In this document: one piece after another, positions 8,319-15,938 of the stretch | How the letters are laid out: each line of letters opens with the position of its first letter | How positions within the stretch are numbered: the stretch's first letter is position 1 | Virus record (IMG/VR): IMGVR_UViG_2562617151_000002 | Location: 1-16,232 of that record | Source: a virus | Taxonomy: Duplodnaviria > Heunggongvirae > Uroviricota > Caudoviricetes | Direction: 5' to 3' (one strand) | Length of the DNA stretch: 16,232 bases | The notes under the pieces: model-generated | Told to the model about the DNA's origin: nothing | What the model saw: only the letters and a program-made list of their open reading frames with translations | Databases searched by the model: none | Position numbers and translations under genes: made by a program

Positions 8319-8745
8319 TGTACGCCCTTTTTTTTGAACTATTATTAAAAAATGATGTCACTGCGCGATAAATATTCATCTAATCAATGCGATTATTTCA
8401 AGATGTAAGTTTTAGTTTCTCATTTAATTTGTGAAGTAGATCTCTATTTTTATCTAAACCTTTTCTATCTAATCCTATTCATGGCTCTTGTTTGAACGAA
8501 AATAAATCTATTAGCTAATTTATATTAATGGCACTTATTTATAAGAGATCTATAATTCTTTAGCTTAATTTAAACAAACTAAAAATAACATCGGAAATTA
8601 TTCATTGGTTATTTGTTGAAGTTTTCTTATGTATTTGTGGTGGTGTTTTGAACACTCGGTGGCATTCTCACAAATATCATTTAGTAGTTTACGTACGTAA
8701 AAAATTGGTTATGCTGTTAAGAGTGGTTACTTCGTCACACAGCTT
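8319..8745. promoter_or_regulatory. AT-rich non-coding region upstream of the porin and lysis cassette
   Basis: About 430 bp with no ORF of 60 aa or more and many A/T runs (8340-8640). Probably holds the porin promoter (minus strand) and possibly a late promoter, for example TTGAAC at 8648-8653 with AAATAT about 18 bp downstream. Confidence 0.4.
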
Positions 8746-8775
8746 AAACCCGCCGTCGAGCGGGTTTTTCCATTT
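8746..8775 (+). terminator. Rho-independent terminator candidate about 130 bp upstream of the holin (tR'-like)
   Basis: Stem AACCCGC/GCGGGTT (8747-8753 / 8760-8766) with loop CGTCGA, followed by TTTTCCATTTTTT on the plus strand. Confidence 0.5.
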
Positions 8776-8907
8776 TTTGAGTCTCGATATTAGCTGATAA
8801 CCCAATACCTGAGTTATTCACTGACTCCGAATCTGTTACGTTTCTGCCTTTATTGCGATACGTAGTATCCCCTTAATTTACACCCGCTTTGTCTGCGAGG
8901 TGGGGTT

Positions 8908-9123
8908 ATGAAATCCATGGATAAGTTAACAACGGGTGTCGCCTATGGCACCTCAGCAGGTAGTGCCGGATACTGGTTTTTACAGCTGCTAGATAAAGTC
9001 ACGCCCTCACAGTGGGCGGCAATTGGAGTGCTGGGTAGCCTGGTATTTGGCCTGCTGACGTACCTGACAAACCTTTATTTCAAGATTAAAGAAGATAAGC
9101 GCAAGGCTGCGAGAGGTGGATAA
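8908..9123 (+). CDS. S: Class II holin, phage-21 S-type (pinholin) with dual-start motif
   Basis: 71-aa ORF beginning MKSM (Met1 and Met4). Two hydrophobic segments and a basic C-terminus ([13 protein letters not shown]). Stop overlaps the endolysin start (TAATG). Confidence 0.85.
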
Positions 9124-9620
9124 TGCCTCCATCATTACGAAAAGCTGTTGCTGCTGCTATTGGTGGCGGGGCTATTGCTATAGCATCTGTGTTAATCACT
9201 GGCCCAAGTGGTAACGATGGTCTGGAAGGTGTGAGACATAATCCTTACAAAGACATAGTTGGTGTATGGACTGTATGTTACGGGCATACAGGAAAAGACA
9301 TCATTCCCGGTAAAACGTATACCGAAGCAGAGTGCAAAGCCCTCCTGAATAAAGACCTTGCCACTGTCGCCAGACAAATTAACCCGTACATCAAAGTCGA
9401 TATACCGGAAACAACGCGCGGCGCTCTTTACTCGTTCGTCTACAACGTGGGTGCTGGCAATTTCAGAACATCGACGCTTCTTCGCAAAATCAACCAGGGC
9501 GATATCAAAGGCGCATGTGACCAGCTACGTCGCTGGACATACGCTGGCGGTAAGCAATGGAAAGGGCTGATGACTCGCCGTGAGATTGAGCGTGAAGTCT
9601 GTTTGTGGGGGCAGCAATGA
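9123..9620 (+). CDS. R: SAR endolysin (T4-lysozyme-like muramidase, R21-type)
   Basis: N-terminal Gly/Ala-rich signal-anchor-release segment [30 protein letters not shown], followed by a lysozyme catalytic region ([25 protein letters not shown]). 165 aa. Confidence 0.9.
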   Translation: MPPSLRKAVAAAIGGGAIAIASVLITGPSGNDGLEGVRHNPYKDIVGVWTVCYGHTGKDIIPGKTYTEAECKALLNKDLATVARQINPYIKVDIPETTRGALYSFVYNVGAGNFRTSTLLRKINQGDIKGACDQLRRWTYAGGKQWKGLMTRREIEREVCLWGQQ

Positions 9621-10054
9621 GCAGGTTAACCGCGATTATCTCCGCTCTGGTTATCTGCATCATCGTCTGTCTGTCATGGGCTGTTAATCATTACCGTGAT
9701 AACGCCATTACCTATAAAGAACAGCGCGATAAAGCCACGTACATCATCGCTGACATGCAGAAGCGTCAACGTGACGTAGCAGAACTCGATGCCAGATATA
9801 CAAAGGAGCTTGCTGATGCTAACGCGACTATCGAAAGTCTCCGTGCTGATGTTTCTGCTGGGCGTAAGCGCCTGCAAGTCGCCGCCACCTGTGCAAAGTC
9901 AACGACCGGAGCCAGCGGCATGGGCGATGGAGAAAGCCCAGGACTTACAGCAGATGCTGAACTCAATTATTACCGTCTCCGAAGTGGAATCGACAAGATA
10001 ACCGCGCAGGTTAACTACCTGCAGGAATACATCAGGACGCAATGCCTGAATTAA
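9617..10054 (+). CDS. Rz: Rz i-spanin
   Basis: ATG 9617 overlaps the endolysin stop (ATGA). N-terminal TM segment ([20 protein letters not shown]), then a coiled-coil periplasmic domain. The ORF track extends to GTG 9605. Confidence 0.8.
   Translation: MSRLTAIISALVICIIVCLSWAVNHYRDNAITYKEQRDKATYIIADMQKRQRDVAELDARYTKELADANATIESLRADVSAGRKRLQVAATCAKSTTGASGMGDGESPGLTADAELNYYRLRSGIDKITAQVNYLQEYIRTQCLN
9816..10001 (+). CDS. Rz1: Rz1 o-spanin lipoprotein, embedded in Rz in the +1 frame
   Basis: ATG 9816 preceded by AAAGGAG (9802-9808). Lipoprotein signal [20 protein letters not shown], then a Pro-rich mature region ([13 protein letters not shown]). Lies entirely within the Rz coordinates. Confidence 0.7.
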   Translation: MLTRLSKVSVLMFLLGVSACKSPPPVQSQRPEPAAWAMEKAQDLQQMLNSIITVSEVESTR

Positions 10055-10083
10055 TTTTTTTGCAAATCACAAAGTCCATTTAA

Positions 10084-10107
10084 TGAGCCTCGCGATGCGG
10101 GGCTTTT
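10084..10107 (+). terminator. Terminator candidate after Rz (first of two)
   Basis: Hairpin GAGCCTCGC-GAT-GCGGGGCT followed by TTTTT. Confidence 0.45.
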
Positions 10108-10114
10108 TGCAATA

Positions 10115-10139
10115 AATGCGTACCGCAACGCATGTTTTT
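10115..10139 (+). terminator. Terminator candidate after Rz (second of two)
   Basis: Stem ATGCGT/ACGCAT with loop ACCGCA, followed by GTTTTTT. Confidence 0.55.
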
Positions 10140-10255
10140 TACACCGAACCTGCCCCTTTGGAATGGGCCTTTGAGGATACCAGTTAGTGCTGGCGAGCCT
10201 CGGTGGGCTGGTTTCCTGTGCGGCAAAGGTTCATTTCAAAGAGTAGGTACACGCT

Positions 10256-10753
10256 ATGAAATCATTAACCCTCTTCAATCAACCAATTCGTATCGGTGAA
10301 GATGGCATGATCTGCCTCACTGATATGTGGAAAGCCAGTGGTAAAAGTGAATCTGAATCGCCTTACCACTACCTGCGAAACAAGCAGACCAAAGAGTTCT
10401 TAGCCGAGCTGGAGAAAAACCACGAATCTGTGGTTTTTACTGAGCGCGGTGTACACGGTGGAACATATGGCGGGAAGTTTGTTGCTTACGATTATGCGGC
10501 TTGGTTAAACCCCGGGTTCAAGTACGCGGCCTATAAAGTCCTCGATGACTACTTCACCGGAGAACTTCAGCATCGCAACAGCTTAAGTGCGCAGCTCAAC
10601 ATGAAATGTCATGAGTTTGACCAGAAGAAAGACATGGCGAGCTTCTGCGGACAAGGGCTGGCAGCATGGCGCTATACGAAGCCAGTGTTGGTCGCTGAGA
10701 TTAACTCCCTGGCTAACCAGCTGCAGATTACGATCCCCGGGCTTCCGGGATGA
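10256..10753 (+). CDS. KilA-N domain protein
   Basis: ATG 10256 preceded by AGAGTAGG. Translation FNQPIRIGEDGMICLTDMWKASGK ... GTYGGKFVAYDYAAWLNPGFKYA fits the KilA-N/APSES-type fold pattern. Occupies the post-lysis position where bor sits in DLP12. Confidence 0.7.
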   Translation: MKSLTLFNQPIRIGEDGMICLTDMWKASGKSESESPYHYLRNKQTKEFLAELEKNHESVVFTERGVHGGTYGGKFVAYDYAAWLNPGFKYAAYKVLDDYFTGELQHRNSLSAQLNMKCHEFDQKKDMASFCGQGLAAWRYTKPVLVAEINSLANQLQITIPGLPG

Positions 10754-11007
10754 GTGATCGTGTTATTGAATGCGCCTCCAGAGCGGGGCGCGACTTCTCA
10801 GAGTTCATGAAAGGCGAGAAGGGCATGATGGAAGCATTGGCCTCGGTGGATGAGTTTGGCGAGCAGCTGCGCCTCAACGGCTGTGTCAATCATCACTTTG
10901 TTAGCTACATGATGCGGAACTCGATCATGCAGGCATTCATGGACATGGCAAAAGCCGAGAGGAAAGAAGAGCGCCGGCGTAAGCGAGCGGAAGCAAAAGC
11001 GAAGTAG
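10750..11007 (+). CDS. Hypothetical protein (85 aa) with basic C-terminal tail
   Basis: ATG 10750 overlaps the KilA-N stop (ATGA). C-terminus KAERKEERRRKRAEAKAK. No recognisable family. Confidence 0.5.
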   Translation: MSDRVIECASRAGRDFSEFMKGEKGMMEALASVDEFGEQLRLNGCVNHHFVSYMMRNSIMQAFMDMAKAERKEERRRKRAEAKAK

Positions 11008-11293
11008 CCATTACAAAGCCTATCTACGGGTGGGCTTGATAATGGCTTATACCCTACACGGGATAACTTAACTGATATCCCTTTTAAAGGATAAAGGTAT
11101 TCAAGCCTGACACATCATGCGCTGTATCGTCGCCGTGTTCCCGTATTAACAGAGACCGTAGCCCGACGGGGAACTCCTTCTGCGCGAGTGTGCGGGAATA
11201 ATCAAAAACGATGCACACCGGGGTTACCGGGTACACATATTTCATCATGCCAGCGAGTCCGGTTCTGGCACGGAAGAAACCGGACGTTATGAT

Positions 11294-11704
11294 TTAGTGC
11301 GGAAATATTTGTGTAGTGTTCTGAATGTTCTCAGTAAAGAGTAATGAATTATCAAAGGTATAGTAATACCTTTTGTTTTCGTGGATATTTGTAATCCATC
11401 TGAAAACCCCTGCTGTAGCAAGATTTTTCCTGTATTCGTAAAATGATAACTCTCCTGATTTGAATCCTTTTAAGGTGGCTTCTATAAGGCATTTATTTTT
11501 TGAAAATCTTACATTTACAACCTTACCCTGTCCTTTTATTAAAACCGTATTATCGTTTTCAAGAACAAGATGAATATTCTCTGTGGCTAAATAGTAAATG
11601 TAATGTGAGACATTGTGACGTTTTAGTTCAGAATAAAACCAGTGATAGTTTAAATTATTTCGCACTTTATCGAATATTTGTTTAAAAATGGCAACCTGAG
11701 CCAT
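11294..11704 (-). CDS. AT-rich cargo gene, hypothetical (possibly YbcV-like envelope-protein family)
   Basis: Visibly lower G+C than its flanks. The ATG at 11704-11702 has GGAAGG 8 nt upstream and gives 136 aa; the ORF track starts 5 codons earlier at 11719. Opposite strand to the late operon. The family guess rests on position and size only. Confidence 0.5.
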   Translation of the reverse strand: MAQVAIFKQIFDKVRNNLNYHWFYSELKRHNVSHYIYYLATENIHLVLENDNTVLIKGQGKVVNVRFSKNKCLIEATLKGFKSGELSFYEYRKNLATAGVFRWITNIHENKRYYYTFDNSLLFTENIQNTTQIFPH

Positions 11705-11761
11705 TGTAGTACCTTCCATGTGATATGAGGGGGCGTAGTCTGCACGATTATCTAGATTGCT

Positions 11762-11995
11762 TCAATCTGGTCTAACCTGTTTTCTGAGCAATTCAGTAAT
11801 GTCACTCTTTTCTTTGTTTGCTTCAGGCGAAACTCTTTTTTCTGAGCACAGTCTCCGGCGGCAGGCTTCAATGACCCAGGCTGAGAAATTCCCGGACCCT
11901 TTTTGAACAAGAGCGATGTTAATTTGTTCAATCATTTGGTTAGGAAAGCGGATGTTGCGGGTTGTTGTTCTGCGGGTTCTGTTCTTCGTTGACAT
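11762..11995 (-). CDS. Small basic ribbon-helix-helix-like putative DNA-binding protein
   Basis: 77-aa ORF. N-terminal basic stretch then IRFPNQMIEQINIALVQKGSGNFSAWVIEACRRRL looks like an Arc/MetJ-type strand-helix-helix. Lies 42 bp upstream of the AT-rich gene on the same strand. Confidence 0.45.
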   Translation of the reverse strand: MSTKNRTRRTTTRNIRFPNQMIEQINIALVQKGSGNFSAWVIEACRRRLCSEKRVSPEANKEKSDITELLRKQVRPD

Positions 11996-12059
11996 GAGGT
12001 TGCCCTGTATTCAGTGTCGCTGATTTGTATTGTCTGAAGTTGTTTTTACGTTAAGTTGA

Positions 12060-12376
12060 TGCAGATCAATTAATACGATACCTGCGTCATAATTGATTAT
12101 TTGACGTGGTTTGATGGCGTAGATGCACGTTGTGACATGTAGATGATAATTATTATCATTTTTCGGGTCCTTTCCGGCGATCCGACAGGTTACGGGGCGG
12201 CGACCTCGCGGGTTTTCGCTATTTATGAAAATTTTCCGGTTTAAGGCGTTTCCGTTCTTCTTCGTCGTAACTTAATGTTTTTATTTAAAATACCCCCTGA
12301 AAAGAAAGGAAACGACAGGTGCTGAAAACGAACTTTTGGGCCTCTGTCGTTTCCTTTCTCTGTTTTGGGCCGTGGA
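12060..12376. other. cos: Lambda-type cohesive-end site (cosQ-cosN-cosB)
   Basis: From my recollection of the lambda genome ends: ...CCGACAGGTTACG followed by cosN GGGCGGCGACCT at 12175-12186, then the cosB region CGCGGGTTTTCGCTATTTATGAAAATTTTCCGGTTTAAGGCG... up to the nu1 start, with only a few substitutions. Confidence 0.85.
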
Positions 12377-12383
12377 ATGAACA

Positions 12384-12457
12384 ATGGAAGTCAACAAAAA
12401 GCAGCTGGCTGACATTTTCGGTGCGAGTATCCGTACCATTCAGAACTGGCAGGAACA
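12384..12457 (+). pseudogene. nu1: Terminase small subunit nu1, 5' stub (first about 25 codons only)
   Basis: ATGGAAGTCAACAAAAAGCAGCTGGCTGACATTTTCGGTGCGAGTATCCGTACCATTCAGAACTGGCAGGAACA matches the lambda nu1 start (MEVNKKQLADIFGASIRTIQNWQE). Identity ends after 12457 and the frame stops soon after. Confidence 0.85.
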
Positions 12458-12661
12458 CCGGGCAGCATGGCGGACAGTCGGTCGCAGGCGTCCGGGAAGT
12501 TTGAGCAGAATAACCATGTGGTGATTAACAACGACGGCACGAACGGGCAGATAGGTCCGGCTGCTCTGAAGGCGGTGTATGACATGGCCCGCAAGGGTGC
12601 CCGTGATGAAATTCAGACACAGATGCGTGATGGTGGCCTGTTCTCCGGAGGTGGACGATGA
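12458..12661 (+). pseudogene. H: 3' remnant of tail tape-measure gene H
   Basis: Sequence after the junction encodes ...SQASGKFEQNNHVVINNDGTNGQIGPAALKAVYDMARKGARDEIQTQMRDGGLFSGGGR, and its stop overlaps the M start (ATGA) as in lambda. It is in a different frame from the nu1 stub. Confidence 0.8.
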
Positions 12662-12987
12662 AGACCTTCCGCTGGAAAGTGAAACCCGGTATGGATGTGG
12701 CTTCGGTCCCTTCTGTAAGAAAGGTGCGCTTTGGTGATGGCCATTCCCAGCGAGCGCCTGCCGGGCTGAATGCCAACCTGAAAACGTACAGCGTGACGCT
12801 TTCTGTCCCCCGTGAGGAGGCCACGGTACTGGAGTCGTTTCTGGAAGAGCACGGGGGCTGGAAATCCTTTCTGTGGACGCCGCCTTATGAGTGGCGGCAG
12901 ATAAAGGTGACCTGCGCAAAATGGTCGTCGCGGGTCAGTATGCTGCGTGTTGAGTTCAGCGCAGAGTTTGAACAGGTGGTGAACTGA
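12658..12987 (+). CDS. M: Minor tail protein M (intact)
   Basis: The 109-aa product (MKTFRWKVKPGMDVASVPSVRKVRFGDG...SAEFEQVVN) matches lambda gpM from memory over essentially its full length. Confidence 0.9.
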   Translation: MKTFRWKVKPGMDVASVPSVRKVRFGDGHSQRAPAGLNANLKTYSVTLSVPREEATVLESFLEEHGGWKSFLWTPPYEWRQIKVTCAKWSSRVSMLRVEFSAEFEQVVN

Positions 12988-14936
12988 TGCAGGATAACAG
13001 CGCACAGGCGGCAGCGGCCTCGCAGACTGCATCGGCAAACTCCGCAACAGCAGCTAAAAAATCAGAAACCAACGCGAAAAATAGCGAGACAGCCGCAAAG
13101 ACGAGCGAAACCAACGCAAAGTCCAGCCAGACGGCAGCGAAGACCAGCGAAACGAATGCTAAAGCCAGTGAAACTGCAGCAAAAAACAGCCAGGTTGCAG
13201 CAGCCCAAAGCGAGAGCGCGGCAGCCGGTTCTGCGACTTCAGCAGCTGGATCAGCAACTGCTGCGGCTAACAGCCAGAAAGCTGCGAAGACGAGTGAAAC
13301 TAACGCAAAGTCCAGCCAGACGGCAGCGAAGACCAGCGAAACGAATGCCAAAGCCAGTGAAACTGCGGCGAAAAGCAGTCAGGATGCAGCAGCCCAAAGC
13401 GAGAGTGCTGCAGCTGGTTCTGCAAGCGCGGCGGCTGCTTCTGCCACTGCATCAGCCAACAGTCAAAAAGCAGCAAAAACCAGTGAAACCAATGCAAAGA
13501 CAAGCGAGACTGCAGCGGCGAACTCGGCGAAAGCATCGGCAGCAAGCCAGACGGCAGCTAAAGCAAGCGAAGATGCAGCCAGAGAGTACGCAAGCCAGGC
13601 TGCGGAGCCGTATGAATATGTCTTACAGCCGCTGCCTGATGTGTGGATACCGTTTAACGATTCGCTGGATATGATTACGGGCTTTTCGCCATCATATAAA
13701 AAAATTGTTATTGGTGACGATGAAATAACGATGCCTGGCGACAAGATTGTTAAGTTTAAACGTGCATCGAAAGCAACCTATATTAACAAATCTGGTGTGC
13801 TGACAGAGGCTGCCATTGACGAGCCACGATTTGAACGTGATGGCCTGCTTATTGAGGGGCAAAGAACAAACTACATGCTCAATTCGGAAAGCCCTGCCAG
13901 TTGGGGGCGATCGTCAAATATGGATGTGCCCGAAACTGGGACGGATAGTTTTGGTTTTACCTATGGAAAGTTTGTCTGTAACGATTCTCTGATTGGGCAA
14001 ACCTCAGCCATTAATATGGCATCAATTGCTGCAACAAAGTCAGTTGATGTCTCAGGCGATAATAAATACGTGACAACCTCATGTCGTTTTAAAACAGAAC
14101 TGCAGGTAAGGTTGCGTATCCGGTTTGATAAATATGACGGTAGCGCAACAACTTTTCTTGGTGATGCGTATATTGATACACAAACGCTTGAAACTAATAT
14201 GACAGGCGGCGCTGCCTCAAGGATTACAGCGAGAGTCAGAAAGGACGAAGCTACCGGATGGATTTTTGCAGAGGCAACAATTCAGGCAATTGATGGGGAG
14301 TTAAAAATAGGTTCTCAGATACAGTATTCTCCTAAGCAGGGCGGGGCAACCGTATCTGGTGACTATATTTATCTGGCCACCCCACAAGTAGAAAATGGGC
14401 CTTGTGTATCATCTTTTATTATATCAGGAACGACGGCGGCGACCCGTGCAAGTGATATGGTAACTATTCCCGCAAGAAACAATATTTATAAACAACCTAT
14501 CAGTGTTCTTATTGAAGTTAATAAGAATTGGGATATTGTGCCAAACGGAGCACCAAGAATTTTTGACCTGAACGCAACATCATCATTCGCTGAAGAGTCT
14601 TTTATATTTGCATTCCGAGGGCCGACATCAACAGTTCTTCCTGGATCGGCATATGTTAGTGTTGGTTCCCCGTCAAGAGGAACTGGTAACAATGAAGTTG
14701 TAAACACTGGAATATATGGAGTTAAAATAGACAAAGATGGCGGCTTAGCAGCGTCGCTGAATGGTAACATTTCATCAAAAGTCAGTACTTCATGGGGTGG
14801 TGCTATAAAATCAACGGCAATAAGAATAGGAGGGCAGACAACTGCCGGAACGAGGCATTTGTTTGGACACATCAGGAATTTCAGAATATGGCATAAAGAA
14901 TTAACTGATGCGCAAATGGGGGAGAGTATTAAATGA
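12987..14936 (+). CDS. Side-tail-fibre-like protein; apparent fusion of the L start to an internal Stf repeat region, with a lectin-like C-terminal domain
   Basis: First 10 nt ATGCAGGATA equal the lambda L start (MQD), then the sequence switches to Ala-rich AKTSETNAKSSQTAAK repeats typical of Stf. The C-terminal approx 400 aa are non-repetitive and end in GHIRNFRIWHKELTDAQM, resembling the last strand of LamG/concanavalin-like jelly rolls. ATG overlaps the M stop. Confidence 0.7.
   Translation: MQDNSAQAAAASQTASANSATAAKKSETNAKNSETAAKTSETNAKSSQTAAKTSETNAKASETAAKNSQVAAAQSESAAAGSATSAAGSATAAANSQKAAKTSETNAKSSQTAAKTSETNAKASETAAKSSQDAAAQSESAAAGSASAAAASATASANSQKAAKTSETNAKTSETAAANSAKASAASQTAAKASEDAAREYASQAAEPYEYVLQPLPDVWIPFNDSLDMITGFSPSYKKIVIGDDEITMPGDKIVKFKRASKATYINKSGVLTEAAIDEPRFERDGLLIEGQRTNYMLNSESPASWGRSSNMDVPETGTDSFGFTYGKFVCNDSLIGQTSAINMASIAATKSVDVSGDNKYVTTSCRFKTELQVRLRIRFDKYDGSATTFLGDAYIDTQTLETNMTGGAASRITARVRKDEATGWIFAEATIQAIDGELKIGSQIQYSPKQGGATVSGDYIYLATPQVENGPCVSSFIISGTTAATRASDMVTIPARNNIYKQPISVLIEVNKNWDIVPNGAPRIFDLNATSSFAEESFIFAFRGPTSTVLPGSAYVSVGSPSRGTGNNEVVNTGIYGVKIDKDGGLAASLNGNISSKVSTSWGGAIKSTAIRIGGQTTAGTRHLFGHIRNFRIWHKELTDAQMGESIK
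13116..13234. repeat. Intragenic direct repeat, copy 1 (about 119 bp)
   Basis: GCAAAGTCCAGCCAGACGGCAGCGAAGACCAGCGAAACGAATGC... recurs 189 bp downstream with a handful of substitutions. Confidence 0.7.
13305..13423. repeat. Intragenic direct repeat, copy 2 (about 119 bp)
   Basis: Near-identical to 13116-13234. The 189-bp offset equals 63 codons, so the protein repeat stays in frame. Confidence 0.7.
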
Positions 14937-15214
14937 AAGATTTAACACTCAAATTTGCCGACAGGGCCGACTTTTCGGCTTTTATGGGAAGTATTGGCTA
15001 TTATAATGACGAGTCGATGCAGGATGATATTCTTATTGATGTGATAGGTAACGTGTACAAAGAAACCGGAGAGCTGACTGAAGATGGCGAACCGGTATGT
15101 GTTAAGGAAGACGGATATTTTGTAAACGTGCGCATCATTAATGATGTGAAAACACCGTCAATATTCGATGAATACGTGGTTGCTGTTGAGCATCAACTTC
15201 GTGGCTGGATGTGA
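14933..15214 (+). CDS. Hypothetical small acidic protein (93 aa)
   Basis: ATG 14933 overlaps the fibre gene stop (ATGA). No recognisable motif. Sits where tfa would be in lambda but is not Tfa-like. Confidence 0.5.
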   Translation: MKDLTLKFADRADFSAFMGSIGYYNDESMQDDILIDVIGNVYKETGELTEDGEPVCVKEDGYFVNVRIINDVKTPSIFDEYVVAVEHQLRGWM

Positions 15215-15223
15215 GGAAGAAAA

Positions 15224-15928
15224 ATGGCTACATCGACAGTAATTCCGGGAGACATCACCACGCTAAAGGGAGATGTTAGTAAAGCAAAGGAAGATATTTC
15301 CTCTATTAACGGAAAAGTATCAACGCTTCAGACTGATATGGCCAGTGCACAGCAGGATATCAGCACCAGATACACAAAAACTGAAGTTGATAATAAGCTG
15401 AAAAACAAACTGGAAGTGAATGCTCTGGAAAGCGGTAATTATGGTGGAGATTTTTACCCGCTGACTGGTCGTGAAGCGTTTTATTTATGGAATTTGGGCA
15501 CGACTACAGCGGCGGCAAACCTTTATCTTAATCCTGACCCTGCAATTTCGTCTGTACTGCGGTCAACATCGTCTATTCGCTATAAACATTCAGTAGAGAC
15601 GATAGATTCAGAGCACGCCGATCTCATTTTCAGGATGCGCCCTGTATGGTACAGGTCGCAATGTGAAAATGACAGGCGTGACTGGGGATTCTACGGATTA
15701 ATTGCCGAGGAAGTAGGAGAAATTGCCCCTCAGTTTGTACACTGGCGACCAGCCAACGAGAATGATGCTCCTGAAGCTATTTCCAGCAATGGTCTTGTTG
15801 CCGAAGGTGTAATGTACGAACGTCTGGTTGTTCCACTGATTCACCATATCCAGAAACTGACTGAAAGAGTTGATGAACTTGAGTCAGAATTGAAGTTGTT
15901 ATCAACTTCCCAAAGCGATATCGGATAA
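15224..15928 (+). CDS. Short coiled-coil fibre-like protein with C-terminal intramolecular chaperone (peptidase S74-like) domain
   Basis: ATG 15224 preceded by GAGGAAGA. N-terminal heptad-like region. C-terminus has the motif series seen in tail-spike chaperone domains: SSIRYK (compare SDIRLK), WGFYGLIAEEVGEIAPQFV (compare GVIAQEVEEVFPEVV), GVMYERLVVPLIHHIQKLTERVDELE. Confidence 0.6.
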   Translation: MATSTVIPGDITTLKGDVSKAKEDISSINGKVSTLQTDMASAQQDISTRYTKTEVDNKLKNKLEVNALESGNYGGDFYPLTGREAFYLWNLGTTTAAANLYLNPDPAISSVLRSTSSIRYKHSVETIDSEHADLIFRMRPVWYRSQCENDRRDWGFYGLIAEEVGEIAPQFVHWRPANENDAPEAISSNGLVAEGVMYERLVVPLIHHIQKLTERVDELESELKLLSTSQSDIG

Positions 15929-15938
15929 AGGAGGAGTA

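Noticed and set aside
12319-12504. 61-aa plus-strand ORF across the cosB/nu1 region
   Set aside because: It is in a different frame from the recognisable nu1 start at 12384 and is a by-product of the deletion junction.
12440-13744. Several long minus- and plus-strand ORFs (12440..12919, 12525..12824, 12613..13047, 12956..13351, 13156..13674, 13300..13545, 13463..13744)
   Set aside because: They lie antisense to or out of frame with the H remnant, M and the fibre gene. The Ala-rich GC-biased repeats keep alternative frames open, producing low-complexity Arg/Ala/Leu-rich translations.
14486-14872. 128-aa minus-strand ORF inside the 3' end of the fibre gene
   Set aside because: It is antisense to a region that reads cleanly as the fibre C-terminal domain, and it has no upstream signals.
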